The notes under the pieces: model-generated | Told to the model about the DNA's origin: nothing | The model's database searches: none | What the model saw: the letters and a program-made list of their open reading frames with translations, nothing else | Position numbers and translations under genes: made by a program | In this document: positions 17,744 to 27,919 of the stretch, piece by piece | How positions within the stretch are numbered: position 1 is the first letter of the stretch | How the letters are laid out: each line of letters starts with the position of its first letter | Assembly (NCBI GenBank): GCA_964453345.1 | Contig: CAYVOC010000003.1 | Coordinates: 19,346-83,345 of the forward strand | Reading direction: 5' to 3' | Length of the DNA stretch: 64,000 bases | From: an uncultured Aquificales bacterium | GTDB lineage: Bacteria > Thermosulfidibacterota > Thermosulfidibacteria > Thermosulfidibacterales > Thermosulfidibacteraceae

Positions 17744-18643
17744 ATGAATCTTATCGGGAAGAGCTGGTGGGAGCTTTTTTCTGAGGCGGTTCGCTGCAGG
17801 TTTGAGGTGAGGGGGGATTTCTTTGAGTTCTGTTCCATTATAAATGCGAAAAGCGGCATATGTAATGGCGGTTGTGGTTTTTGTGCTCAGGCCTATCCCT
17901 CTAAAACTAAGGCTCCTGTCTATCCGCTTGTGGGTGTGGATGAGATGCTCAAAGGAGCCGTTGAAGCGAAGAAGAACGGAGCTATACGCTATAGCATTGT
18001 GACAAGCGGTAGATCTCTTGGCGAGTCTGAGATAGGGATTGTCGCTGAGGCGGTTGGGAGGATCAAAAGGGAGGTGGGGATAGAGGTTGATGTCTCCCTT
18101 GGAATTATACCCGATGAGTTTATTGAGGAGCTGAAGGCGGCAGGGGTCAGAAGGATACATCATAATCTGGAGTCCTCTGAAAGATTTTATCCTGTGATAA
18201 CCGATAGGATTGACTGGAGGGAGAAGTTCAAATTCTGCGAGAGGGTTAAGGAGCATGGTCTTGAGCTTTGCTGCGGGGGGCTTTTCGGGTTGGGGGAGGG
18301 AGAGGAGGACTGGAAGCTGCTTGCCGATGCCCTTGAGTCCTTAGAGGTTGATTCTATACCCTTGAACTTTCTTATTCCCATACCAGGGACTCCTCTCGGT
18401 GGTGAGAGAAGGCTTTCACCGGTGGATTGTATAAAGATCGCTTCTTACTTCAGGTTGAGGTTTCCCAAGGCTGAGCTTAGGGTCTGTGGGGGTAGAGAGT
18501 ATAACCTCGGTCAGTTGCAGGCCCTTCTGCCATTGGTTGTTGACGGCTTTATGGTGGGAGGGTATCTGACCCGTCCGGGAAGGGATCCGGCTCTGGATAG
18601 GGAACTTATAGAATCCCTGGGGCTGAGGCTTGCGGGGCTTTGA
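17744..18643 (+). CDS. bioB: Biotin synthase
   Basis: CSIINAKSGICNGGCGFCAQ, HHNLESS, CCGGLFGLGE, SIPLNFLIPIPGTP, GGYLTRPG. Likely ATG at 17744 within ORF 17702..18643. Confidence 0.92.
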   Translation: MNLIGKSWWELFSEAVRCRFEVRGDFFEFCSIINAKSGICNGGCGFCAQAYPSKTKAPVYPLVGVDEMLKGAVEAKKNGAIRYSIVTSGRSLGESEIGIVAEAVGRIKREVGIEVDVSLGIIPDEFIEELKAAGVRRIHHNLESSERFYPVITDRIDWREKFKFCERVKEHGLELCCGGLFGLGEGEEDWKLLADALESLEVDSIPLNFLIPIPGTPLGGERRLSPVDCIKIASYFRLRFPKAELRVCGGREYNLGQLQALLPLVVDGFMVGGYLTRPGRDPALDRELIESLGLRLAGL

Positions 18644-21146
18644 TCTGGAGGGGCTGCCTTCCGGGCTTAGGGACAGGCTTGCAAAAGAGGGTTTTGTTGA
18701 GCCTCTAAGCTTCTGTTTTTATGTGAGCAATTACCTGTCCAATCAGCTTCTCAGGCATCCGGAGTGGATAGAGGAGTTTTTTCTGAATAGGGGTTACCTG
18801 AGGAGTTTGACAAGGCAGGAGTATATGGAGCTTTTTGCCAATCTTTCGCCGCAGCAGATCAGGTCTGTTTTCAGAAAAGAGCATGTGAGGCTTGGGATAA
18901 GGGATCTTTTGCGGGCCGCCGATACGCCGAGGGTGCTGAGGGAGCTGAGTCATCTTGCGGATGGGGTTATAGGCAGGGCTCTGGATATAGCCCTTGAGGA
19001 TGTCTCTTTAAATAGTGTTCCGCCGGAGATGCCTGTTTGCTGCGTGGTTGCTCTGGGAAAACTTGGGGGGGAGGAGCTCAATTATTACTCCGATGTGGAT
19101 GTTATGTATGTTTACCGCAAGTTCAGGGGAAGGTGTTCTGACGGGAGGGGGGATCTGGAGTTCTTCACGAGGGTTTTTTCAAAGCTCGGCAGGATCCTTT
19201 CGGAGTATGGGGAGGATGGGCCTATATACCATGTGGATCTCAGGCTCAGGCCCCAGGGAAGGAGAGGACTTTTGTGCATGCCGGTTGAGGCCTATGAGGC
19301 CTATTACGAGTCCTTCGGGAGGACCTGGGAACGGGCCATGCTCATAAGGTCGAGGCTGTGCGCTGGAGATTCTTCCCTTTTTGATGATTTTTTTAAGAGG
19401 ATCACGCCCTTTGTTTACAGAAAGCATCTGGATTTTTCTGCGCTTGAAGAAATCCGGCAGCTCAAGGAGATGATTGACAGGGAGGCTGAGGGGAAGGATT
19501 CGGATATAAAGGTGGGCAGGGGGGGAATCAGAGAGATAGAGTTTATTGTCCAGGCCTTTCAGCTTGTCTTTGGGGGAAGGAACGACTGGTTGAGGGTGGG
19601 GAATCTCTTTTTGGCCTTGGACAGGCTGAAGGCTTCAGGCCTTATAGGCTATGAGGAGCACAGTATTCTGAGCCAGGCCTACGCCTTTTATAGAAAGCTT
19701 GAGAATAGGCTCCAGATGATGAACTGCACCCGGACTCATGCTCTGCCTGCTAAGGGAATTGATAGGGTGGCGACCTCCATGGGCTATCAGTCTGAGGAAG
19801 CCTTTCTTGAGGATCTGGAGTTTTATCGGAGCAATGTGAGAAAGATTTTTGAGGAGGTTATGGAGACGCCCGAAGGGGATAGACGTCACGTTGTCTATCA
19901 GTGGAGGGCGCCGGGCATTAGCAGGGTCATTGATTTTATAACCCGGGAGCACAGGGAGAAGGCTGAGGAGGTTTTATACCGGGTTATGGAGGAGGCGCAG
20001 GATGTGGCAAGTCCCTCAATGGTGATCAAGAATCTGGCCGATCTGATCGGCATCATGAAATATTCAAAGCTTGCCTTTTTTGATCTTTTTCTGGAAAGCC
20101 CGGGATTCAGAAGAGCGTTGATAAGGCTTTTTGGGAACAGCCAGTATCTTTCAAGGTTGCTTCTCGGTCATCCGGAGCTGATGGACACCCTTTTTGAGCC
20201 GAAGGGGATGGAGGAGTTCCCCAAAGAGGATCTGGAGAGATGGGTTCTTGGAAGGATTTTGTATGTTGGCGTGGCCGAGGTGACCGGAAGGTTTAATATT
20301 TTCAGGGTGTTTAGCGAGCATTCAAAGACGGCGGAGGTCTTTATAAGGGAATACTGTAGAAGGTCCTCCGGCAATAGGCCCTCTGTGGTTGTGCTGGCCC
20401 TTGGAAAGCTTGGCAGCAGGGAACTCACCTATCACTCCGATCTTGATCTGGTTTTTGTGGGAGAGGTGAGCGACGATGAGCTGTATCGGGACTTTTACAC
20501 TGGGCTTTTGAATAACGGGGTGTATGAGGTTGATGTCAGGCTGAGACCCTTCGGAAGCAGGGGCGTTATGGTTAATACACCGGATAGTCTCGGTGATTAT
20601 TTCAGCAGACACGGCAGAACCTGGGAGCGGCTGGCCTACAGCAGGGCCAGGGTGGTATATGCAGAGGGGGAGGCCCTTGCTGGAAAAACCCTTGAGATTG
20701 TCAGGGATTTTGTCTTTTCTGGGGATCTGTCGGCGGATGAGGTCTGGGACATGAGGATGAGGCTTGAGAGGGATCTTGGAAGGTCTCCCTATGATGTGAA
20801 GTATTCTTCAGGCGGCTTGGTGGATCTTGAGTTTGCGGCTCAGTTTTTGGCCATAACTGAGGGCATAGATGTGAGGCACCCCTTGGGGATTTTTGCAAGG
20901 GCCTGTAAAATGAAAAGGGTTGCTGACTGGGATGGCGTCAGGGAGAGCTATCTGTTTTTGAGGAGGCTTGAGAATCTTTTGAGGTTGGTGTTTTATCCCC
21001 CTCTTAAGGAGCTGCCGAGGAAGGGGGACAGGCTCTCCATGCTTGCAAGGGCCATGGGGATGGGGGAGCATGAGCTTGTGGATAAATACATGGAGGTGAA
21101 GGAATACAACAGGGGCCTTCTAAAGAGGGTTCTGGATATGCGATAG
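18630..21146 (+). CDS. glnE: Glutamine synthetase adenylyltransferase/adenylyl-removing enzyme
   Basis: Two nucleotidyltransferase domains (ALGKLGGEELNYYSDVD; ALGKLGSRELTYHSDLD), VDLRLRP twice, DIKVGRGGIREIEFIVQ. Confidence 0.9.
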   Translation: MRGFDLEGLPSGLRDRLAKEGFVEPLSFCFYVSNYLSNQLLRHPEWIEEFFLNRGYLRSLTRQEYMELFANLSPQQIRSVFRKEHVRLGIRDLLRAADTPRVLRELSHLADGVIGRALDIALEDVSLNSVPPEMPVCCVVALGKLGGEELNYYSDVDVMYVYRKFRGRCSDGRGDLEFFTRVFSKLGRILSEYGEDGPIYHVDLRLRPQGRRGLLCMPVEAYEAYYESFGRTWERAMLIRSRLCAGDSSLFDDFFKRITPFVYRKHLDFSALEEIRQLKEMIDREAEGKDSDIKVGRGGIREIEFIVQAFQLVFGGRNDWLRVGNLFLALDRLKASGLIGYEEHSILSQAYAFYRKLENRLQMMNCTRTHALPAKGIDRVATSMGYQSEEAFLEDLEFYRSNVRKIFEEVMETPEGDRRHVVYQWRAPGISRVIDFITREHREKAEEVLYRVMEEAQDVASPSMVIKNLADLIGIMKYSKLAFFDLFLESPGFRRALIRLFGNSQYLSRLLLGHPELMDTLFEPKGMEEFPKEDLERWVLGRILYVGVAEVTGRFNIFRVFSEHSKTAEVFIREYCRRSSGNRPSVVVLALGKLGSRELTYHSDLDLVFVGEVSDDELYRDFYTGLLNNGVYEVDVRLRPFGSRGVMVNTPDSLGDYFSRHGRTWERLAYSRARVVYAEGEALAGKTLEIVRDFVFSGDLSADEVWDMRMRLERDLGRSPYDVKYSSGGLVDLEFAAQFLAITEGIDVRHPLGIFARACKMKRVADWDGVRESYLFLRRLENLLRLVFYPPLKELPRKGDRLSMLARAMGMGEHELVDKYMEVKEYNRGLLKRVLDMR

Positions 21147-21184
21147 TTCTGAATTACAAAAGCCTTACGGGTCCTGCTGCTCCC

Positions 21185-21967
21185 ATGCTTCTGCTGGCGG
21201 AGAGGCTGGGAGCGGTCGTCTTTGCCCTACCGGGCGGTTCTGTTGAAAGGCGGGCTTCAGAGCTTGGCCTGGCCTTTAGGCCTTTGAATTTTGCCGGGCT
21301 TCTCTCCTTCAGGGGCACCTTTATAACCGTCAGAAGCAGGGATACTCTAATGGCCCTTCTTGCATCTCTTGTTGGGGGATCGGGGGTCGTCAGGCTTGAT
21401 TTTGTGGGAAGGGACTGCTTCTGGGACAGATTCTTAAAGAAAGTGCCCCTTGAGAGGCTTGGGTGGGTGCGGGTTGAGAAGGGACTTCCCAAGAAGAGGA
21501 GGGGATGGGTGACGGTTGCTGTGGTTTCGAGGCTGAAGCCCGGAAGGGGACTTGAGGGCCTCTTTGATGGGCTTTCCCTTTGCAGGTTGAAATTTAGGCT
21601 TTACGTTATTGGCGGGGGCGATTTCGGCATACTCGGTGGGCCAAGGGGGCTGGATGTTGTATGGATAAAGAAGAAGGTTTCCGATTTCAGGAGGCTTTTG
21701 GGAAGCATGGATCTTCTTCTTTACACTTCAGCCGGAACGGATAAGAGCTGCAGAGCCGTTCTTGAGGCCATGGAGGCGGGGGTGGCGGTCGCTACTATGG
21801 AGCCCCTATCCTACAGGTATGTGGATGACAGGGTGGGTTTGAGGGTGAGGGAGGCTTCCGCTGTTGATAGGCTTCTCTCTGTTCCCAAGGAGCTTAAGAA
21901 AAGGCAGCTCAACTCCAGAAGGAGGGCTTTCTCCTACGATTACAGGAAGGTGGAGGTTCCGTTTTGA
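21185..21967 (+). CDS. Divergent GT-B (GT4-like) glycosyltransferase, start uncertain
   Basis: VAVVSRLKPGRGL and GTDKSCRAVLEAMEAGVAV resemble GT4 C-terminal motifs. Coupled to the downstream GT4 gene. Confidence 0.6.
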   Translation: MLLLAERLGAVVFALPGGSVERRASELGLAFRPLNFAGLLSFRGTFITVRSRDTLMALLASLVGGSGVVRLDFVGRDCFWDRFLKKVPLERLGWVRVEKGLPKKRRGWVTVAVVSRLKPGRGLEGLFDGLSLCRLKFRLYVIGGGDFGILGGPRGLDVVWIKKKVSDFRRLLGSMDLLLYTSAGTDKSCRAVLEAMEAGVAVATMEPLSYRYVDDRVGLRVREASAVDRLLSVPKELKKRQLNSRRRAFSYDYRKVEVPF

Positions 21968-22998
21968 GGATTGTTCAGGCCATATCAAGGTCCGGCTGTT
22001 CCTCGGGGGGGAGCATCCAGGCCCTTCTTCTTGCCAAGGCCCTGAAGGATCTGGGACACAGGGTGCTCTTTGTTTCGAGGGGCGGTGATTGTGAAAGGCG
22101 GGCTGTGGAACTCGGGGTTGAGCATGCGTCCAACCCCATGGGTAATAATCCGGCGGATCTTGCAAGGTTCGCCCTTTTGTGCAGGAAAGCCGATGTTATC
22201 CACGCCCACAAGGGAAGGGCCCTCTTCTACGCCCTGTTTGCCAAGCTGGTGGCGGGCGGAATCAGAGTCTTTGCCAACAGGGGAGTGAGCTTTCCCTTGG
22301 AGTGGGGAAACAGGTGGAAGTATAGGCTTTCAGATGGGGTGGTGTGTGTTTCCTTCGGGATAGTGAGGGATCTTGCAAGGGAAGGGCTTGATCCCCGAAG
22401 GCTGAGGGTGGTTTACGGGAGCGTGGATGGCAGGTTCTTTGGCGCTGCTCCCTGCAGGATACCCGGGCTTGAGGATGGGGATTTTGCGGTTCTTCTTGTG
22501 GGCAACTTCAGACCCTGGAAGGGGCATTTGATACTTGCAGAGGCTGCCTCCCGTCTGCTTGATAGGGCCAAGAATCTCACCCTTGTGTTTGCCGGTAAAG
22601 AGAAGAAGAGCCTTCTGGAGCAGGTGAGGAATAGATTTGAGGGTAAGCTTATAAGCCTCGGATACAGAAGGGATGTGGAGAGGGTAATGGCGGCGTCCCA
22701 GATACTGGTCAACGCTTCAACGGAAGGTGAGGGGGTTCCCGGAGTGTTGAGGGAGGCCATGGCTGTTGGGGTGTGTGTTGTTGCCTCATCCCTTGAGGGA
22801 AACAGGGAGATGATTGAGCACAAAAAGAACGGGTATCTTTTTGGGGTGGGAAGGGCTGAAGAGCTTTCCGCTCTGCTTGAGAAGCTCTTCCATAACCCCA
22901 AGCTCAGGATGCGGGCCGCTGTGAACGGTAAGAGATACGCCACAAGATTCACCTTGGAGAACAGGGCCAGGGCCATGCTGAGGGTTTACGGTGGTTGA
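21964..22998 (+). CDS. Glycosyltransferase family 4
   Basis: SGGSIQALLLA, VGNFRPWKGH, EGVPGVLREAMAVG. Confidence 0.9.
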   Translation: MRIVQAISRSGCSSGGSIQALLLAKALKDLGHRVLFVSRGGDCERRAVELGVEHASNPMGNNPADLARFALLCRKADVIHAHKGRALFYALFAKLVAGGIRVFANRGVSFPLEWGNRWKYRLSDGVVCVSFGIVRDLAREGLDPRRLRVVYGSVDGRFFGAAPCRIPGLEDGDFAVLLVGNFRPWKGHLILAEAASRLLDRAKNLTLVFAGKEKKSLLEQVRNRFEGKLISLGYRRDVERVMAASQILVNASTEGEGVPGVLREAMAVGVCVVASSLEGNREMIEHKKNGYLFGVGRAEELSALLEKLFHNPKLRMRAAVNGKRYATRFTLENRARAMLRVYGG

Positions 22999-23824
22999 TA
23001 GATGGCGTCTGCTGGATGCTGCTCACAGAGCGCTGGAGCTGGCCGGTGCGGACGGGAAGAATCTGGAGCCGGCCTCTTCCGGTAAGAAGGGGCTGGTTTT
23101 TCTGGCGGATTCTGTGGTGGTTCGCCTGTATACGAATCCCCTCTATTATCTGCGCAGAAGGCTGGTTGATGCAAGGCTTCTAAGGCTGGGGATCCCTCTT
23201 TCTCCGGAGGTTGTTGCAACAGGCTGCTTCTTCTTTAAGAGGCCCCTGTGGTTTGTGGTTGAGGAGAGGTTGCAGCAGCCGGGTGCCCTTTCGCCTGATC
23301 AGAAGCTGGACTTTGTGAAAAGGCTGGGGCTTCTCCATGCGGAAACTTCTGTCAAGGTGGGAGCAGGATTCATCTGGAGAAAGTGGGCAAAGAAAACGGA
23401 TGCAAACGCAAAGTTTTTGTTGAATAACACAACCTTGGAGTTTTCAAAGACTCTGGCCGGGATGTGGACGGATCTGAGGGCGAGGGGGGTTACTCCCTCA
23501 TCTGTTTCTCTGTGCCACAGGGATGTGGGGCTGTCCAACATGGGGCTCAAGGGGGAAAGGCTTCTGCTCATTGATTGGGACAGGGCGTCTCTTTTCTTCC
23601 CCCTTTATGAGCTGATTCAGGCGTGCTACTTTCTTGATCTGGATCCCGTTGATGCCCTTTGTGCCTGCGGGATTCCCGTATGTAGGGATGAGCTTGCGCT
23701 TATGCTGGTCTCCTTTTGCATTTCAAGGGCGAAGAAGGAGTATAAGAGGGGATCTGTTTCCGAGAGACTCGGGAGGTTTGTGAAATGGGCAGAGAGGATC
23801 TTTTCAGAAGGTTACCAAAGGTAG
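22991..23824 (+). CDS. Aminoglycoside/choline/LPS-kinase-like phosphotransferase
   Basis: Brenner-type motif LCHRDVGLSN followed by LLIDWD. Adjacent to glycosyltransferases. Confidence 0.65.
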   Translation: MVDRWRLLDAAHRALELAGADGKNLEPASSGKKGLVFLADSVVVRLYTNPLYYLRRRLVDARLLRLGIPLSPEVVATGCFFFKRPLWFVVEERLQQPGALSPDQKLDFVKRLGLLHAETSVKVGAGFIWRKWAKKTDANAKFLLNNTTLEFSKTLAGMWTDLRARGVTPSSVSLCHRDVGLSNMGLKGERLLLIDWDRASLFFPLYELIQACYFLDLDPVDALCACGIPVCRDELALMLVSFCISRAKKEYKRGSVSERLGRFVKWAERIFSEGYQR

Positions 23825-25170
23825 ATGCCTTTCTCAAAAGGCCGGAGGTTGAGAGGCTCTGCTCCTCCTATCCCAGGTGGGTGGTTGTGGAGTCCATCAG
23901 GCGGATGCTGGAGGAGAAGAGAAGACAGATAAGGGAAGGGCTTGAGCCTTCGGTCGATCTGGAGGATCTGGTTGCGGAGCTTGAGAGGAGGGTCCCCTAC
24001 GAGGCGCTTCCCTCCCTAAGAAGGGTCATCAACGCCACAGGAGTCGTTTTGCACACCAACCTGGGCAGGGCTCCTCTGGCCCATGAGGCCGTTGAGTCTA
24101 TAAGGAACGTCTCCGTCTGGTATTCAACCCTTGAGTATGATCTGGAAACTGGAAGGAGGGGATTGAGGTATCTTCATGTGGTTGATGTGATAAAGCGGAT
24201 AACCGGTGCTCCGTCTGCTCTGGTTGTCAACAACAACGCTGCGGCCGTCTTTCTGGTTTTGAATACCCTCGCTTGTGGGAAGGAGGTGATTGTATCCAGA
24301 GGTGAGCTGATAGAGATAGGCGGCTCCTTCAGGATTCCCGATGTGATGAGATCGGCCGGTGCTGTGTTGAGGGAGGTGGGGACCACCAACAAGACCAAGC
24401 TTGAGGATTACAGGAGGGCCATAGGGGAGAACACGGCCCTTATACTGAAGGTTCATACCAGCAATTACCGGATAGTGGGGTTTACGGAGAGCGTCCCTCT
24501 CAGGGATCTGGTGGGACTCGGCAGGGAATACGGAATACCGGTCTATGAGGATCTGGGAAGCGGCCTTTTTGTTGATGTAAGAAGGTTTGGTCTTCCCTAT
24601 GAACCCACGGTCCAGGAGTCCATAAGGGCGGGGGCTGATCTGGTTTCCTTCAGCGGGGATAAGCTTCTCGGTTCCACACAGGCGGGGATAATTCTGGGCA
24701 GGGAGGATCTGATAGAGAGGATACGCAGGAACCCCATAAACAGGGCCTTGAGGATAGATAAGCTCACCCTTGCAGGGCTTGAGGCTACCTTTAGGATCTA
24801 CCTCGAGGGTGAGGATGCCGCTGTAGATAAGATCCCGGTTTTGAGGATGCTTGCCCAGTCTGTTGATGAGATAAGGGGAAGGGCCGAGAGGGTTCTGGAG
24901 GCCTTGCGGGAAATTGATGGATACGCCTTTGAGCTTGTTGAGGATGTGGCGACAGTCGGGGGTGGTGCCCTTCCCACTGCTCAATTGCCCACCTTTTGCG
25001 TTGCCATTTCAGGAGGATCTCCGGAGGAGCTGGAGGAAAGACTCAGGAGGCGTCCCATGGTTCCCGTGATAGGCAGGATAAAGAACGATAGGCTTCTGCT
25101 TGATATGAGGACGGTGAGGGATGAGGAGGTTGATCTGCTTGTGAAAAGTGTTAGGGAGGCGCTTTCATGA
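23785..25170 (+). CDS. selA: L-seryl-tRNA(Sec) selenium transferase
   Basis: [51 protein letters not shown] (PLP lysine). Confidence 0.97.
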   Translation: MGREDLFRRLPKVDAFLKRPEVERLCSSYPRWVVVESIRRMLEEKRRQIREGLEPSVDLEDLVAELERRVPYEALPSLRRVINATGVVLHTNLGRAPLAHEAVESIRNVSVWYSTLEYDLETGRRGLRYLHVVDVIKRITGAPSALVVNNNAAAVFLVLNTLACGKEVIVSRGELIEIGGSFRIPDVMRSAGAVLREVGTTNKTKLEDYRRAIGENTALILKVHTSNYRIVGFTESVPLRDLVGLGREYGIPVYEDLGSGLFVDVRRFGLPYEPTVQESIRAGADLVSFSGDKLLGSTQAGIILGREDLIERIRRNPINRALRIDKLTLAGLEATFRIYLEGEDAAVDKIPVLRMLAQSVDEIRGRAERVLEALREIDGYAFELVEDVATVGGGALPTAQLPTFCVAISGGSPEELEERLRRRPMVPVIGRIKNDRLLLDMRTVRDEEVDLLVKSVREALS

Positions 25171-27014
25171 AGTATGTTATAGTGGGAACGGCGGGGCACA
25201 TAGACCACGGCAAGACCTCTCTGGTCAAGGCCATAACGGGGATTGACACGGACAGGCTGCCCGAGGAGAAGCGCAGGGGGATCACCATAGATCTCGGATT
25301 TGCCCATCATAGGCTTGCCGATGATCTGGCTGTGAGCTTTGTCGATGTGCCGGGGCATGAGAAGCTGGTGAAGACCATGATAGCGGGTGCCTGCGGCATA
25401 GATATGGTGCTTCTTGTTGTGGCGGCGGATGAGGGCATCATGCCCCAGACCGTTGAGCATCTCCATATATGCGAAATACTGGGGATAAACAGGGGAGTGG
25501 TGGCCCTCAATAAGGCGGACAAGGTGGATCCTGATACCTTAGAGATCGTCCTCGATGAGGTGAAGGAGTTTCTCAAAAGAACCCCCTTCAGGGATGCCCC
25601 TGTGATACCCGTCTCTGCCAGGACCGGCGAGGGGGTGGATGAGCTTGTGAAGGCGCTGGTTGATGTTGCAAGAAGGGTTGAGAGAAAGCCAAAATCAAAG
25701 ATTCTGAGGATGCCCATAGACAGGGTCTTTAAGGTGAAGGGCTTTGGAACGGTGGTTACCGGAACCATATTCTCAGGATCGGTGAGGGTGCAGGATACGG
25801 TCCAGATACAGCCCGGTGGCTCCCTATACAGGGTCAGAAACATTCAGGTCAGGGGCGAAAACGTTGAGGAGTCGAGGTGGGGAACCAGAACGGCCCTTAA
25901 CCTTCAGGGGCTTGAGGCGGACAGGGTATCCCGGGGGGATGTGGTTGTGCAGCCGGGTTTCTTCCCTCCCACCAGGATTCTTGATGCGAAGATATTCCTG
26001 CTCGAGGATGCTAAACCTCTCAGAGATATGGCTCCTGTCAGGGTGCATGTGGCCACGGCCGAGGTGGTGGGCAGGATCAAGCTCCTTGACAGGGAGGTTT
26101 TGAAGCCCGGGGAGGGGACCTACTGCAGGATACACCTCGAGGAAGAGGTTGTGGCTGCCAACACCGATCCTGTTGTTTTGAGAAGTTATTCACCCGTCCT
26201 CACCATAGGGGGCGGGGTTATACTGGACGCCCTTCCGGACACTAAGCGCATAAAGAGGTCCGAGCTTGCCCGCAGGCTAAGGTTGCTGGACGGGGCGGAT
26301 GATGTTCAAAGACTCCTTCTCTTCCTCGGGTGGTCCGAAGGGGGAGTTGAGCCTGAAAGGCTTAAGCACAAGCTTATGGATCCTGCTGCCTTTGAAGAGA
26401 TCCTTTCCGGGCTTGAAGCCAAGGGGGAGGTGATCAGGCTTGGCGATAGGGTGGTGGATAGAAGGGGCCTTGATGGGCTGCTTCAGAAGTTGAAGAAGCT
26501 CGTTGAGGAGGCTGCATCCGAAAGGGGATACGATCTGCTCTCCTACGCTGAGCTTTCCCACAAACTCAGACTTTCAGAGGCTGCGGTCAGGGACCTTGTC
26601 AAGCTTTCAGGGCTAAAATACGGCTCAAAGGGTGTGCAGCTTTCCGATGGACTTGAGGATGAGGCTGTGAAAAGGGTTGAAAGGATTTATAGAATGTCCG
26701 GTTTTACGCCTCCTACTATAGATGAAGCCTTTGCAAAAGCGGGGGTTCCGCAGGGGGAGAGAAGAAAAATTTTGCGATACCTGCTTGACAAGGGGATATT
26801 AGTTAGGGTGAACTTAGAACTTGCACTGCATTCAAAATATGCAAGGGAGATGATAAAGAAAGTTGAGGAGTTTTTTGAAGGGAAGGGGGAATTGACAGTT
26901 TCCGAATTTAAAAATATGTTTGGCATAACCAGAAAGTATGCAATCCCCTACCTTGAATTCCTTGACAGGGTAGGGGTTACAAAGAGGAGGGGAAACGTTA
27001 GAGTGAAGAGGTGA
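25167..27014 (+). CDS. selB: Selenocysteine-specific translation elongation factor
   Basis: [35 protein letters not shown]-terminal winged helix with [13 protein letters not shown]. Confidence 0.97.
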   Translation: MKYVIVGTAGHIDHGKTSLVKAITGIDTDRLPEEKRRGITIDLGFAHHRLADDLAVSFVDVPGHEKLVKTMIAGACGIDMVLLVVAADEGIMPQTVEHLHICEILGINRGVVALNKADKVDPDTLEIVLDEVKEFLKRTPFRDAPVIPVSARTGEGVDELVKALVDVARRVERKPKSKILRMPIDRVFKVKGFGTVVTGTIFSGSVRVQDTVQIQPGGSLYRVRNIQVRGENVEESRWGTRTALNLQGLEADRVSRGDVVVQPGFFPPTRILDAKIFLLEDAKPLRDMAPVRVHVATAEVVGRIKLLDREVLKPGEGTYCRIHLEEEVVAANTDPVVLRSYSPVLTIGGGVILDALPDTKRIKRSELARRLRLLDGADDVQRLLLFLGWSEGGVEPERLKHKLMDPAAFEEILSGLEAKGEVIRLGDRVVDRRGLDGLLQKLKKLVEEAASERGYDLLSYAELSHKLRLSEAAVRDLVKLSGLKYGSKGVQLSDGLEDEAVKRVERIYRMSGFTPPTIDEAFAKAGVPQGERRKILRYLLDKGILVRVNLELALHSKYAREMIKKVEEFFEGKGELTVSEFKNMFGITRKYAIPYLEFLDRVGVTKRRGNVRVKR

Positions 27015-27919
27015 GAAGGATGGAGCTGAGGCACATTGAGGTATTTGTGGCTGTTGTCAAAGAAAAGAGTTTTACAAAGGCTGCCGAAAGGTTGGGGCTT
27101 TCGCAGCCTACTGTAAGTCTGCATCTGCAGAGCCTTGAGCGGGAGCTGGGGGTCAGGCTCCTTGACAGGGACGGCAGAAAGATCTCCATGACCCCTGCCG
27201 GTAAGCTCTTCTACCAGTATGCGGTTGAGATCGTGGATCTCAAGAACAAGGCCATACTGGAGCTAAAAAGGTTTTTGGGAAGCGTTGAGGGCAACTTCAC
27301 CATAGGTGCGAGCACCGTTCCCGGAGAGTATATCCTTCCGAGGTTGCTGCCCGGCTTTGTCAACCAGTATCCCAAAACGAGGTTCCGCATTCAGGTGATG
27401 GATTCTCGAGAGGTCAACCTGGCCGTGGCTGAGGGCGAGATGGATATGGGTGTTGTGGGCGCCAGGGCCGATGATGACAGGCTTGATTACACCCGGCTGT
27501 GTGAGGATGAGGTTGTGGTCTTTGCTCCCGCCGGGATGGACCTGGAGGGGAGCGTGGATGTTGAGGGGCTGAGGGAGATTCCCTTGGTTATGAGGGAGAA
27601 GGGTTCCGGCACAAGAGAGGCCTTTGAAGAGGCTGTGGCGCAGCTGGGGTTGAGGCCCGAGGAGCTGAAGGTGGTTGCTGAGGTGGGCAGCACCACAGCG
27701 GTTAAGGAGGCGGTGAAGAGCGGGCTTGGCTGCGGGATAGCATCAAAGATGTCCATAAGGGATGAGGTTTCATCGGGCCTGTTTAAGGTAATTGATGTAA
27801 AGGGGCTGAACATCTCCAGGGAGTTCCTCATTGTAGTCAGAAAGAACAGGACCCTGGCCCCGGCGGTTGAGCTGTTTATAAACTACCTTACCCAGAAGGC
27901 CCCCGAGCTTTGTGGATGA
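27011..27919 (+). CDS. LysR-family regulator (CysL / selenium-metabolism-associated type)
   Basis: SFTKAAERLGLSQPTVS HTH, IGASTVPGEYILP, MREKGSGTRE. GTGA-coupled to selB. Confidence 0.9.
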   Translation: MRRMELRHIEVFVAVVKEKSFTKAAERLGLSQPTVSLHLQSLERELGVRLLDRDGRKISMTPAGKLFYQYAVEIVDLKNKAILELKRFLGSVEGNFTIGASTVPGEYILPRLLPGFVNQYPKTRFRIQVMDSREVNLAVAEGEMDMGVVGARADDDRLDYTRLCEDEVVVFAPAGMDLEGSVDVEGLREIPLVMREKGSGTREAFEEAVAQLGLRPEELKVVAEVGSTTAVKEAVKSGLGCGIASKMSIRDEVSSGLFKVIDVKGLNISREFLIVVRKNRTLAPAVELFINYLTQKAPELCG

